DNA of 63,257 nucleotides, filler included, from Octopus bimaculoides (GCF_001194135.2; 6 parts of 5 records of this genome joined end to end with filler, not necessarily neighbours in it); one strand, 5' to 3'. Counted from the first letter of the whole stretch, positions 37,091 to 49,317 are shown. The notes: generated by a model not told the origin, from the sequence alone. Program-made: numbers and translations.

Positions 37091-38865
37091 GTTCTTATAT
37101 TTTGATAAAAATCTGTCAAATTTTCCATATTTTTCCTTGATTTCACATCTTTTGAGTAAATGTCTATTTAGAGAGTCTGCAAAATTATTTTAAGAAACAG
37201 CCACAATATCCTGAAAACCAGGCTTTTTTATGTGTGTGTGTGTGTGTGTGTGTGTAGTGGATCTTGCAGACATGGCGTGGATCTGATCCTACATAGCTAA
37301 ATTTAAATTAACAGTTCAACAATACTTTTCTCACGGTAAAACAATAGTTTTTTTTCTGACAGTAGTTACATTTGCCAGATGCCTTAGCNNNNNNNNNNNN
37401 NNNNNNNNNNNNNNNNNNNNNNNNNNNNNNNNTTAATTAATTAANNNNNNNNNNNNNNNNNNNNNNNNNNNNNNNNNNNNNNNNNNNNTCTCAGGGGATT
37501 AAGGTACATTTAAAAAAAAATAACGTCGACCACTAACGTGGACAATTAATGCGCTAGAAATAGATCACATCTTGTGTCTATTAAGACCTAAAATGTTCTC
37601 AACATGAAATATAGGAGCATACCAAAAACGTGAGCGGGCAAGACATTTAAAATCACTTAAAAAAGCATTATTAAACAGGAACTAGTTTCGGATTTAACAA
37701 ATTCTTACCATTTGTCTATTCCTCATCAGCCTGATTTGTAATTTAACCGTAATCATCAGAATCGTATACAGAGTTGCCCACCGCCATGGGTGTGCGTGCA
37801 TATGGTTCTGCTAATTACAGCTTAGTCTTTGTATCTTTGTTTATTCCCCATCACTGCTTGACAACCGGTGTTGGTGTGTTTACATCCCTGTAATTTAGGT
37901 GTTCAGCATAAGAGACTGATAGAATAATTACCACGCTTAAAAAAATAAAGTAATGAAGTCAATTCATTTGACTAAAATTCCTCAAGGTGGTGCCCCAGCA
38001 TGACCACAGTCTAATGATTGAAACAAGTAAAAGATAAAAGATTAATGTTAAAGATTAAAGTTTGACTGTTATATATTATATTTTCGAGCAAATAAGTTGA
38101 ATTTTTTAGATCAAAATTTACAGCCCAAAACAGATAGGTTAACTTATGGACCAAGACGACTTTGGAAGCCTGAAAATTCAATGTGAAATGAGCAGGATTT
38201 GGGAAGAGAGTGACAATGATTCAATGTTTACACTACATGTTTACTATGTTCATTATATGCCAGAGAATATGGTATCATGGAGATGTACTTGCATAGCAAG
38301 TGACCTGATCTGAGATCGTTTGCTGGAATGGAAACAATTGCAGTGTGGAAGGTGTTTATAAGCCATTTAAGAAACACACAAAAACCGTTAGATTCACTTC
38401 AACATTTAAATTTAATTTGCCAAAATATTTTCGTCGCTTTGAGACCGCGACCTGTTCACTGACAAAATTCTGTGCTACATTTCATCAAAAACCACGTATA
38501 ATTACTCCAGATTAATACAGTTGAAAATTATTTTGTTCCTGTTGCTGTGACTAAAAGGAAATGAATCTAGAGATCAAATTCATTAGCTTGATAACTGAAA
38601 TAATCCCCGGCCTTACTTTTGAAAATAATTAATTTCACCAGTTTATCTCTCATGTTTTGTAAATTAAATTCATTTACAAATAAAACTGATATGTATAAAC
38701 AATCAATAATGAAAAAATTAAAATTAAATATCTGTACAAAATTTGAAATAAGTTGAATTTTTATAATATTGCCATAATTTATGATCAGGTCTAAAAACCT
38801 GAAATTTCCATAGCTTTCCAGGTTTTCTTTGTTGTAATTATGATCCTTATGTTTCCTCTGTCAGA

Positions 38866-38911
<46 letters not shown>

Positions 38912-38975
38912 ACGCATGCATGTGTGTGTATGTGTATCTCTGTATGTGTATAAGTATGTGTGTCAATGTATGTGT

Positions 38976-39420
38976 GGAGGCGCAAAGGCCCAGTGGTTAG
39001 GGCAGCGGACTTGCGGTCATAGGATCGTGGTTTCGATTCCCCGATTGGGCGTTGTGAGTGTTTATTGAGCGAAAACACCTAAAGCTCCATGAGGCTGTGG
39101 CAGGGGATGGTGGCGAACCCTGCTGTACTCTTTCACCACAAATTTCTCTNNNNNNNNNNNNNNNNNNNNNNNNNNNNNNNNNNNNNNNNNNNNNNNNNNN
39201 NATTTCTCTCACTCTTACTTCCTGTTTTTGTTGTGCCTGTAATTCAAAGGGTCAGCCTTGTCACACTGAATATCTCCGAGAACTACATTAAGGGTACACG
39301 TGTCTGTGGAGTGCTCAACCACTTGCACGTTAATTTCACGAGCAGGCTGTTCCGTTGATCGGATCAACTGGAACCCTCGACGTCGTAAGCGACGGAGTGC
39401 CAACAACAACAACAACAACA
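38976..39420 (+). mobile_element. SINE family C copy (spans a gap)
   Basis: Matches 35422-35798; (AAC)n tail. Confidence 0.9.
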
Positions 39421-39540
39421 ATGTATGTGTATATGTGAGAACATGTGTATGTTTGTGTGTGTGTGTGCGTGTGTGCGTGCGTATGTGTGTTTGTGGTTGT
39501 GTGGTAAAAAACTTGCTTTCCAATCACATGGTTCCAAGGT

Positions 39541-39790
39541 GGAGGCATGTGGCTTAATGTTTAGGGTGTTGAACTCATGATCATACGATTGTGGTTTCAA
39601 TCCCTGGACTGGGTGACATGTTGTGTTCTTGAGCACAACACTTCATTTCACATTGCTCCAGTCCACTCAGCTGGCAAAAATGAGTAATCCTGCGATGGAC
39701 TGTTGTCCCATCCAGGTGGAGAATTTATATGCCATGGAAACCAGGAAACTGGCCTTTATGAGTCAGCATGACTTCAGAAGGGAAACTTAC
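39541..39790 (+). mobile_element. Further tRNA-derived SINE, family D
   Basis: tRNA-like head GGAGGCATGTGGCTTAATG..GGTTTCAATCCC and core CCACTCAGCTGGCAAAAATGAGTAATCCTGCGATGGACTG. Confidence 0.6.
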
Positions 39791-40707
39791 CTTACATGGT
39801 TCCAAGCTTAGTTCCAACCCACTGTGTGACACCTTGGACAAGAGTCTTCTACTAAAGCCCTGGGCTGACCGAAGGATTTGATAGACTCCCACCCATCACT
39901 GTTCCCTGTAGATAGGCCCCACTACACCTCCATCACCAAATATTTCTCTCTCACTCTCTCACTCTGATTGTCTCTCTTTCTCTCTTACCCTCTCTTCCCT
40001 TCCTCTCCTTCCCCATTCTACTGGGGTAGCTATGTATCCATTCTGTATTAAGACTAACTCTGCCTTGACTGCCAAATCTACAAGTTTTTGTTTTATTCTC
40101 TCTCTGTTTATTTTCTCTTATTCCTTTCTGTTGAAGAGTGTAAACTTGAAACATAAAAGACTTTTACATTTTCCTGAGCATCAAACTAATACACCTGCTT
40201 CTTGTTCATGCACCTGTCTTCACTTTTGTTTTTCTATAAATTTCAACTATTATACTCTAATCTCTCTCCTGGTCCACAGCCACTTTCCTCAGTTCCACTT
40301 CCTGTCTCAGCTGAGAGATCTTTGTCTAGCAAGCTACTTGGCAACCCCACTGATGCTGGTGCTATGTAAAAAACACCTGTGTTGGAGCCATGTGAAAAGC
40401 ACCCAGTATACTCTGTAAAGTGGTTAGTATTACGAAGGGCATCCAGTCATAGAAACCATGCCAAAACAGACAAATGGAGACTGGTGCAGCTTGTCCAACT
40501 AATACATGCATAGAGAATGGACATTAGATGATGATAATAATAACGATGGTGAAATATATGTGTGTGTGTGTGTGTGTGTATGACAAAATAAAATTATACA
40601 ATTAAATTAATTAGCTTACTGCTGTCTCAGAAAAGAAAATGAATCTATATTGAATGATATGTAATGAATAGAGTAATACTTATCACGCACACCAGATGTA
40701 AACACAC

Positions 40708-40749
<42 letters not shown>

Positions 40750-41331
40750 ACACACACACACATACACACACACAATCACACACAATCACACACAAACACT
40801 CACTCCCCCCACATGCATGCATGCATACNNNNNNNNNNNNNNNNNNNNNNNNNNNNNNNNNNNNNNNNNNNNNNNNNNNNNNNNNNNNNNNNNNNNNNNN
40901 NNNNNNNNNNNNNNNNNNNNNNNNNNNNNNNNNNNNNNNNNNNNNNNNNNNNNNNNNNNNNNNNNNNNNNNNNNNNNNNNNNNNNNNNNNNNNNNNNNNN
41001 NNNNNNNNNNNNNNNNNNNNNNNNNNNNNNNNNNNNNNNNNNNNNNNNNNNNNNNNNNNNNNNNNNNNNNNNNNNNNNNNNNNNNNNNNNNNNNNNNNNN
41101 NNNNNNNNNNNNNNNNNNNNNNNNNNNNNNNNNNNNNNNNNNNNNNNNNNNNNNNNNNNNNNNNNNNNNNNNNNNNNNNNNNNNNNNNNNNNNNNNNNNN
41201 NNNNNNNNNNNNNNNNNNNNNNNNNNNNNNNNNNNCAATAAGTGTGTGAATCTGAGAGGGGAATAAAATCATAATTAACTGATCATCTTGTATTTTCTTT
41301 TAGCCTCAGACAGAAACTTTCCACCACCACC

Positions 41332-41398
<67 letters not shown>

Positions 41399-41714
41399 CG
41401 TGCGTGCATGCGTGCGTGCGTGCATGTGTTTGTGTATGTATGATTTATTTGAATTTCCTAAAGTGAAACCTGCATGTCAAGGAATCCCACGACAATAATG
41501 CCACACCTTATCTGAAACACCTGCAACTAAACATTGCTCATTGCATTACAACATTATCTCTTAATGATACCAGACACCTTGAAGTCATATTTTAGCAAGT
41601 TTCTTTGGCATTTCTAGATGCCTGTGTGACATCTCCACAATTGTAGCTTTCAATTATGAGTGCAAACGTACGTGTACATATGTGTGTGTGTATGTTGGCA
41701 TATATTTATATACA

Positions 41715-42190
41715 CAATAATGCCTTCACATACGAGTTAATTTGTTCCCGGAGGCCACTCGTAAAGTGAAAACTCGTAAAGCAGAGCAATAATTTTCCAT
41801 TGTAGCAATGTTATAAATCATAGTTCATTCCCAGAAAAAATATTTTACTGATAAAATTTATAATACTCATAAATAAATGACAATAAAACAACTGTAGAAT
41901 GTAAAGAATATTTTAAGCAAAGTAAAAAGAATGTCAAGATCCCTTATAATAAAAAATGTTATTATAATCATTTTCTGCATTACTTTCACTTGCACTAGAC
42001 TTGTGCACACCATCACTTGTAGACGCAATCATGATTCACAAGCACTCATAAAAAGACTTGTAAAGTTCTTTTTAAAGAACAAGTCAAGAGTCGCTTGCTT
42101 AGAAGAAGCTTTTTATCACTCTCTATAAATTACTTGGTAACCATGCAGAGGCATTTGTTATGGTAGTAGAAACTTTTGGACTTCAAAATT
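41715..42190 (-). mobile_element. pogo/Tigger-like transposon 3' remnant
   Basis: Minus strand reads KASSKQATLDLFFKK, a pogo/Tigger-like C-terminus. TACGAG/CTCGTAAAG subterminal repeats near 41730-41780. Confidence 0.55.
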
Positions 42191-42336
42191 TGGATCATGC
42201 ACTTATTGCAGTGGGCCTTCAGTTTTTCTAAGCTCTATACAAGAAGTCAGAAGGTTGGGTCTCCAACAAGGCTTTTCCCAATCCCCTTAAAGCCAAGAAC
42301 TTTTCAGCACACACACACACACACATACATACACAC

Positions 42337-42398
<62 letters not shown>

Positions 42399-42727
42399 GT
42401 ATCTATCTAGCTATCTATGTATCTATCTATGTATCTATCTATCTATCTATCTATCTATCTCTTCTCACGGACGTGCTGTCACATCGGCTGCGAAGGTAAA
42501 CGTTTATTTGACCTTTTACTGTCCACATTTTGTTGGAATTTTTAAATAATTTTGTTGCGAAGCACCTAGGCTTCATTTGTGTGTATTTTCAAGGGCAGGA
42601 ATTGACCCCCAGGGGCAGTTTCGGCCCNNNNNNNNNNNNNNNNNNNNNNNNNNNNNNNNNNNNNNNNNNNNTTAATTAATTAANNNNNNNNNNNNNNNNN
42701 NNNNNNNNNNNNNNNNNNNNNNNNNNN

Positions 42728-42759
<32 letters not shown>

Positions 42760-43078
42760 AGAATTCACAAAAAACAACAGACGAAGACAAGTGGTGTAGA
42801 AAACAAATGGATGCATTAGTATAACGCTCGGGATATGTATATATATATACAGACACACACATGTTTCTTTCAATTTCCGTCAAACATATCTACTCACAAG
42901 TCTTTGGTCACCTCGAAGCTAGAGTAGAAGACACTTGTCACGCAGTGAGACTGAACCAAGAACCATGTGGCTGGGAAGCAAGCTTCTTACCACGCAGCCA
43001 CGAGTATGCAGCAAAAATTGTCTGACAACACATATTGTTTTAATAAATTTTATTTCTAATCGGATTGATATTTTGCAG

Positions 43079-43211
43079 CATCAGCCATGGCAGAGTCTCC
43101 TTCCGCTCGAAATATATTAATCAGGCTGGTAGAATTTACAACTACAGACCAAGTGAACCTGTAATTGCTCTTACAGCTACCAACACAGTTCCAGAATTGG
43201 CTGTCAGTAAG
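43079..43211 (+). CDS. Exon A of HEXXH zinc-metallopeptidase-like gene
   Basis: Acceptor GATATTTTGCAG, donor AAG|GTAATT; 133 nt, xISHGRVSFRSKYINQAGRIYNYRPSEPVIALTATNTVPELAVSK; the phase-0 end joins 46726. Confidence 0.75.
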
Positions 43212-43261
43212 GTAATTTTTACTACATTACGGTAATTTAATCTGATTTGCAAAAGCGTATG

Positions 43262-43684
43262 GTTCATGTTAGTTTCAAAATTTTGGCACAAGGCCGGTCA
43301 TTTTGGGGCAGGAGGAAAGGCGATTACATCAATCCAGTGCTCAACTGGTACTTATTTTATTCACCCCGAAAGGATCGAAGCCAGAGAAAACGTTGGTGGA
43401 ATTCGAACTCAGAATGTAATGTCGAACGAAATGCTGCTAAGCATTGTGTCCAGCGTGCTAGCGATACTACCAGCTCGTCGTCTTGCAATAAGGAAATATT
43501 GGTTTCAAATTTTGGAACAAGGCCAGCAATTTCGGGCGATGGTGTAAGGCGATTTGGTACTTATTTCATCGATGCCGAAATGATGAAAGACCTTGGTAGA
43601 ATTTGAATTCAGAACGTAAAAACATACGAAATGTCGCCAAGCGTATGGCCCGGTGTGCTAACGATTCTGCCTCCTCGCCGCCTT
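43262..43684 (-). mobile_element. Two tandem SINE family A copies
   Basis: Two successive reverse-complement modules with CpGs intact. Confidence 0.85.
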
Positions 43685-44183
43685 ACGGTAGGTAAATATT
43701 TATGTTATTTAGACATAGATTTATTGCTCATGCCTCAATGTATATGTGTTGCTTAATTATACTTATTAAGAAAAAAAAAAAAGAATTATGAAAGGTGAAA
43801 TTCACACTTGTAAAATTCACAATCAGAGACTTGAACGATGTTAGTAGACATGCTATATTTTAGCACTTTCCTCAATGAATAGAATTGTATTAAGATATTA
43901 GTATAATCTTTTGAATTAATAGTGAAATTATTAAATTATTTTCGACTGGTACACGTTCAATTCTCGAGTCATAGGATATTGTGTGAACTGAACTCATTTC
44001 ATTATGGGTATGTATAATATTGTTTTGAAAAAAAAAAGATATAGAAACCATACTATGATTTAGACACATTACGGAAAAAATTAATCTCATGCTACATTTT
44101 TTCTCAATAATATTGATGACTTATTTGTAATAAAATATCGATTAATTACATTTTAATAACATAATAAAAATATTAAAATTTAC

Positions 44184-44783
44184 GGATCTTTTTTAAAACG
44201 GGGGCCACATTTTTCATTAATGTTTTACGTAGTGTTTTTGGTACCGAAAGACTTTCAAACTTCGTATACTTATCTATTTTGTGTTATAGAACAGAAAAAT
44301 ATTTTTGTATTCGAATTTATTTCATGTAAAAAATTGTCTTATTTCGATAATTTCAACCAATCACTGATAAGTATTCAGTTGTTTACATTTACTCCTTTGG
44401 CTGATTAAGCCATAGCTTCGTTTTATTTGCTTTTTTCATTTTAAATTTGCTTTTCTCATTTTCTTTTTTTCTTCTTCGTTTTATTTGCTTTTTTCTTTTT
44501 AAATTTGCTGTTTTACCCTAACCCTAACCCTATCACCGATAGAATTGTTTCAGAATCGTTTGTTTATGTAGTAGGCACTAAATGTATATCGGCTGAATGG
44601 ACGTCAGTGATTGGTTGAAATTACAGAAATACAACAACTTTAACATGGAATAACTTAGGGATTTCTTTTTTTTTTTAAGAAGACTAAGAGAAAAAGATGT
44701 TTTATATGACACATTCTGCCAGTGTTCCAAGTTTCAAAGTGTTTCGTTAATGAAAAATGTGGCCCCCGTTTTAAAAAAGATCC
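44184..44783. mobile_element. 600-bp MITE with perfect 37-bp TIRs and 8-bp TSD (Merlin-like by termini)
   Basis: TIR GGATCTTTTTTAAAACGGGGGCCACATTTTTCATTAA at 44184-44220 and inverted at 44747-44783; TSD AAATTTAC at 44176-44183 and 44784-44791. The superfamily call is inference. Confidence 0.92.
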
Positions 44784-45992
44784 AAATTTACCAACACATC
44801 GACTTTTAATAAAATAGCATTACTTTATCCGTCGATCCTGGAAAGAAGACTAATTTCGGCTTAAAGCCTGGCATATGCCGTGTTTCTTACTGAGTTGTAA
44901 AAGTATTACTGGCGTCTCGTATTGCATCAAAACCAATCTCTTGACGAATCTCATCTTTCCTCAAGTGTTACCTACATTGTTATATCATCAGTGACGATAT
45001 ATGATGTGTGTGTGTGTAACACTATATCAGAGTACCAAATATAACCGTATAACAATAAGCAATGTAACGAGTCGGTTATCTTACAACCGTTCGCACAATA
45101 ACAATCCAATGCTCCAACATAGGATCAATAACGAAACCAGCGCTCTCACAGTTCGATCTCAACAGTCTACTGGTTCATGTATTTTTAAGACTCGTCCAGT
45201 TCACTGACAGTCACGTGTGGGAGTGTGAGTTGACTCTACAACATACATTAAAACAGGAAAACATGCAGATTTTCGAACCAGTAGCAACAATCTAAGTGCG
45301 AACTTCATTTGTATTAATGTGCGTTTCCTATGCTGTAATCCTTGTTTTTATCCATGATGACTGGTTATTTTGAGAAATAGTAGGGTCCTGATTACACACT
45401 CAACAAGCATAGCTAATTGTAAGACAAAATCTATTAACCTTTCAACTGTTATCTAGCTTCATATCATTTCCACCCAAATAACAGCTTATTGTCTCAAAGC
45501 TTTCAACATTACCGGCTCCTGCTCAATTGATTCTCTAGCTTCTAATGAAATATCGAACACGAAAACGATATGTTCAATAACTAGCAACATGTTATTTAAA
45601 AGATCCGTTTACTTCTAAAGGGAATTGTAAAAAGATAGATTAACATATCCAGACGTTCACGTTCTTGTTATTTTGCCCAACTACGATAATCTGTGTGTTT
45701 TCACGAAGTCATTAGAAAGGCCGTATCACTATTCAACGATAGATAATCTTTACTGCCAAATAGTATTTTGTAGTAGTTTATATTTTGAAGTGCTTTAAAA
45801 ACATCTCACATTCGATAGAGAAAGCAAAAAGCTTCAACCAAACAGTAATATTTAAAGTGAGAAAATCCAATCATTGCTCACACTGGATTGTGATGATTTA
45901 GAACTACGCTAGCCTCGTTTGCACAGATCTATGTTCGAAAGATTTCCAGTTATAGCAATCTATAATATTTGTTTGAGAAGCAGTCTTGCTAG

Positions 45993-46366
45993 TTGTTGTT
46001 GTTGGCACTCCGTCGCTTACGACGTCGCGGGTTCCAGTTGATCCGTTCAACGGAACAGCCTGCTCGTGAAATTTACGCGCAAGTGGCTGAGCATTCCACA
46101 GACACGTGTACCCTTAACGTAGTTCTCGGGGATATTCAGTGTGACAAAGCTGACCCTTTGAATTACAACAGAAACAGGAGGTAAGAGTGAGAGAAAGTTG
46201 TGGTGAAAGAGTACAGCAGGGTTCACCAGCATCCCATGCCGGAGCCTCGTGGGGCTTTAGGTGTTTTCGCTCAATAAACACTCACAACGCCCGGTCTGGG
46301 AATCGAAACAGCGATCCTCTGACCGCGAGTCCGCTGCCCTAACTACTGGGCCATTGCGCCTCCACT
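45993..46366 (-). mobile_element. SINE family C copy
   Basis: Full length; approximate TSD GTCTTGCTAG / GTCTAGCTAG. Confidence 0.9.
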
Positions 46367-46725
46367 GTCTAGCTAGTACTATAATGCTATACCATTCCAA
46401 CCCATTTAAAATCTTCAGGGGACTACATAAGGAAAGATTGGGTGCAATATTTTAGGTGCCTGTAAAAATTTACTCTTAGCCCTCGTCGTAAATCTCTCCT
46501 GGTTGTGCATTTAGTATTGTCAGAAAATAATTTTTAAAATGTATTAATTCTCAAAAAAGAAAGTTGGGGGATACTAAAGCAGTTTCACTTGACTCATTTT
46601 AATAGAGGGAAACTAAAAACGTACGCGGTAGTTTAAATAGGTAGTAAAATATATTTTGTTAAGAGCAAAAATAGTAATAATCGTATGTTCGCTCTCTATT
46701 ATTTTTTTCTTTAAATAATCTTCAG

Positions 46726-46879
46726 GCAGCCCAAATCATTATAAAGATGGTGAAGAATATGCCTGTTGAGGTATTTCGAGGGCTTACAACATCATTAGGC
46801 GCTGGTCTGTTTTCAAGGACGGAGGGTCCGACCGTTTACCCAGAATATGAAAACCTCGCCGACCGACCTGAATGTTATA
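46726..46879 (+). CDS. Exon B of HEXXH zinc-metallopeptidase-like gene
   Basis: Acceptor ATAATCTTCAG, donor A|GTAAGT; 154 nt, AAQIIIKMVKNMPVEVFRGLTTSLGAGLFSRTEGPTVYPEYENLADRPECY; phase 0 to 1. Confidence 0.85.
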
Positions 46880-47027
46880 GTAAGTTATAGTTTGAATTTC
46901 TTTCACTCTTCTTCCTTAATACGATTCGAAAAGACCTAACGACCATATAACGACATCACCTTATTTCTTAATCTTTTGTACGAATTTTATTTTGAAATTA
47001 TAATAATTTTCGGCAATTTCTTTGCAG

Positions 47028-47236
47028 GAAAATGTACCGGTTCTTGCTCCATTACATGTACATTTGATGGACGCAAATGGCAACATATTGCAGGAATTTC
47101 CGGTAGCCGTTCACTGTGTTTGGATGATATCGTGTTATGTAATAATAAAGACCCTTACGGTCACAAAGAGAACATTTTCTCTCATGAATTCGCTCATCTA
47201 GTGATGAGATATATGCCAAGCGCATGGCGTGCAAAA
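47028..47236 (+). CDS. Exon C of HEXXH zinc-metallopeptidase-like gene (contains HEFAH)
   Basis: Acceptor ATTTCTTTGCAG, donor AAA|GTAAGT; 209 nt, RKCTGSCSITCTFDGRKWQHIAGISGSRSLCLDDIVLCNNKDPYGHKENIFSHEFAHLVMRYMPSAWRAK; in phase with exon B. Confidence 0.88.
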
Positions 47237-47247
47237 GTAAGTATTTT

Positions 47248-47690
47248 TCTTACTCTTTTACTCTTTTACTTGTTTCAGTCACTTGACTGCGGCCATGCTG
47301 GAGCACCGCTTTTTGTCGAGCAAATTGACCCCAGGACTTATTCTTTGGAAGCCTAGTACTTATTCTATCGGTCTCTTTTGCTGAACCGCTAAGTTAGGCG
47401 GACGTAGACACACCAGCATCGGTTGTCAAGCGATGTTGGGGGGACAAACACAGACACACAAACATATACACACACACACATACATACATACATATATATA
47501 TATATACATACATATATACATATATACGACAGCTTTCTTTCAGTTTCCGTCTACCAAATCCACTCACAAGGATTTGGTCGGCCCGAGGCTATATTAGAAG
47601 ACACTTTCCTAAGGCGCCACGCAGTGGGACTGAACCCAGAACCATGTAGTTGGTAAGCAAGCTACTTACCACACAACCACTCCCGCGCCT
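47248..47690 (-). mobile_element. SINE family B, full length
   Basis: Complete reverse-complement copy with internal (TA/CA)n and (CTTTTA)n tail; CpGs retained. Confidence 0.9.
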
Positions 47691-48029
47691 GTCTATTTTG
47701 TAGACAACTTTTAGAAGCCAACTGTACGAGTCACATATTTTCTTTCGCAAACCTACGCCATTCGTCCTTTTTTCAGCAACTCATCTACCTGACGCTTCCA
47801 CGTTTTCAGCTAAGCTCACCATGTTTCAATTATTCGGGTCAGTTTACTAACCAAAGTGTAAGTTGGTTTACTGACTCACTGCTTCCGCTGCAGTAATCAA
47901 TGGGTCTACTTTTGCTGTCACAACATTGGAGGCTGGGTAAAAGAATTAAAAAAAAAATTACCTTCAGTTTGATTTCCTTGCCTATCTTCTCTTATGGCCA
48001 TGAATATTTGGTAATATGTGAAACAATAG

Positions 48030-48390
48030 GATTGTGAATACAAGCGGCCGAAATGGGAGTTCCTCTAAAAAATGTCTGGAATTACGTTACTCGACAAGGT
48101 GTGCAACTCAGAGACAGTACTTCTCCGTGTACCATAAACATGTGATTAAAACATCACAGGAGCGAATTCCATTGCGGATTCTTCAGACCTTACCAACCGG
48201 CAGGGAACCTAAGTGCAGAGCAGGAACGAGATGGTCAGATAATATCTACAGTCGCAGTTGGTCAGGTTTCGGAATCCAGCCGGAGTGTGTAATAACGGTT
48301 ACTTCTGACGGGACTTTATGGAAGAGACACCTAGGGACTCTATACCAACGACCATCTCTGGGATGGAGAAGACGGATGCCTTGTTGTGTA
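48030..48390 (+). mobile_element. RTE-clade LINE 3' ORF remnant
   Basis: IQAAEMG...SGITLLDKV.N, RIPLRILQTLPTGREPKCRAGTRWSDNI, across frameshifts. Confidence 0.75.
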
Positions 48391-48395
48391 GCTGA

Positions 48396-48664
48396 CCAGT
48401 AATAAAGTCAAAGGAAAAAAGTCACAGTAATAACGTCACAATTTTAGTTAGGAAAAAGAGTCACCAGAAAAAAGTCACAGTTAATTTACGTTGGCCAGTA
48501 ATAAAGTCACAGGTTAAAAAGACAATTAATTTATGGGATCCGGTCAAAACACTACCGGACAAAACCCCTCGGACGAAAACCCTGTGTCTGTTTTTTTTCC
48601 TGTAACTATATTACCGTGACTTTTTCCTGTGATTTTTTTACCTGTAACTTTTTTACCGGGATTC
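48396..48664. mobile_element. Foldback-type MITE with AAAAAGTCACAG subterminal repeats
   Basis: The left arm repeats AAAGTCACAG and the right arm repeats CTGTGA(C/T)TTTTT in inverted orientation. TSD not resolved. Confidence 0.55.
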
Positions 48665-48952
48665 GCCTCGTACATGCTCTTTACATAGTTTACTTTCTTT
48701 TCACTAAAATATGAGAGAAATTTAGAATATGGTCACTGTGTTGTTTCGCTCAATCATCGCTGATGTAACACGTGACCCCAAACGTATTTAATGTCAAGGC
48801 CTGTTTAATATTCAGACCTTCAGATGCTCATAAATATTGCAATGTGTAATGTGATTTTTCCATAATATAACAGATATTTAGAAAAAAAAATTTTATGGGA
48901 CGCACCTAAGATGCATTGTTTACTTGTTATAATCATTGCAATGCAGTCATAC

Positions 48953-49101
48953 TGGGACCCCGCCTTGAATGCTTGTGTTTTGAGCAAATGGATCGCAGTA
49001 TATATTCTTATAAGTCTTGTACTTTTTCGTAAACAAACCAACACCGCCTATCAAACCGTAGTGAGGGACAAACGCAAGTAGAAACACAAAGGCGTACAAA
49101 C
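48953..49101 (-). CDS. Candidate exon of a membrane protein (weak resemblance to the ABCA-type TM/ectodomain junction)
   Basis: Acceptor CTTTGTACAG, donor CCA|GTATGA; xLYAFVFLLAFVPHYGLIGGVGLFTKKYKTYKNIYCDPFAQNTSIQGGVP. No partner exons found. Confidence 0.3.
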
Positions 49102-49317
49102 CTGTACAAAGTCGCACACACACACACACACAACACACATACTTACATGCAATAGCATTCCACAGAGTTTTCGCCTATCAAATTCACCCAAAAACGCATT
49201 GATCAGCTCAGAGCCATGGTAGAAGACACTTTCCCAACGTGCTGCGCAGTGGAAATGAACCCAAAACAACTAGGTTGCATTTTAAATTAAATAAATTATA
49301 TATATATATATGTTAAT

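Noticed and set aside
38400-38470. Minus-strand hairpin GTCGC/GCGAC followed by GAAA, a possible hammerhead
   Set aside because: No CUGANGA core before the helix; treated as an unclassified repeat.
41931-42128. ORF MSRSLIIKNVIIIIFCITFTC as first exon of the peptidase gene
   Set aside because: It lies antisense within a pogo/Tigger-like remnant, and its donor phase (0) does not match exon A (phase 2).
42440-42499. Segment ending CGAAG|GTAAAC as upstream exon of the peptidase
   Set aside because: The phase fits, but there is no acceptor or in-frame start other than through a (TCTA)n tract, and a scaffold join separates it from exon A.
47777-47837. Phase-0 exon QLIYLTLPRFQLSSPCFNYS as the next peptidase exon
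   Set aside because: It lacks the downstream third-zinc-ligand-type motif expected after HEXXH; support is splice signals only.
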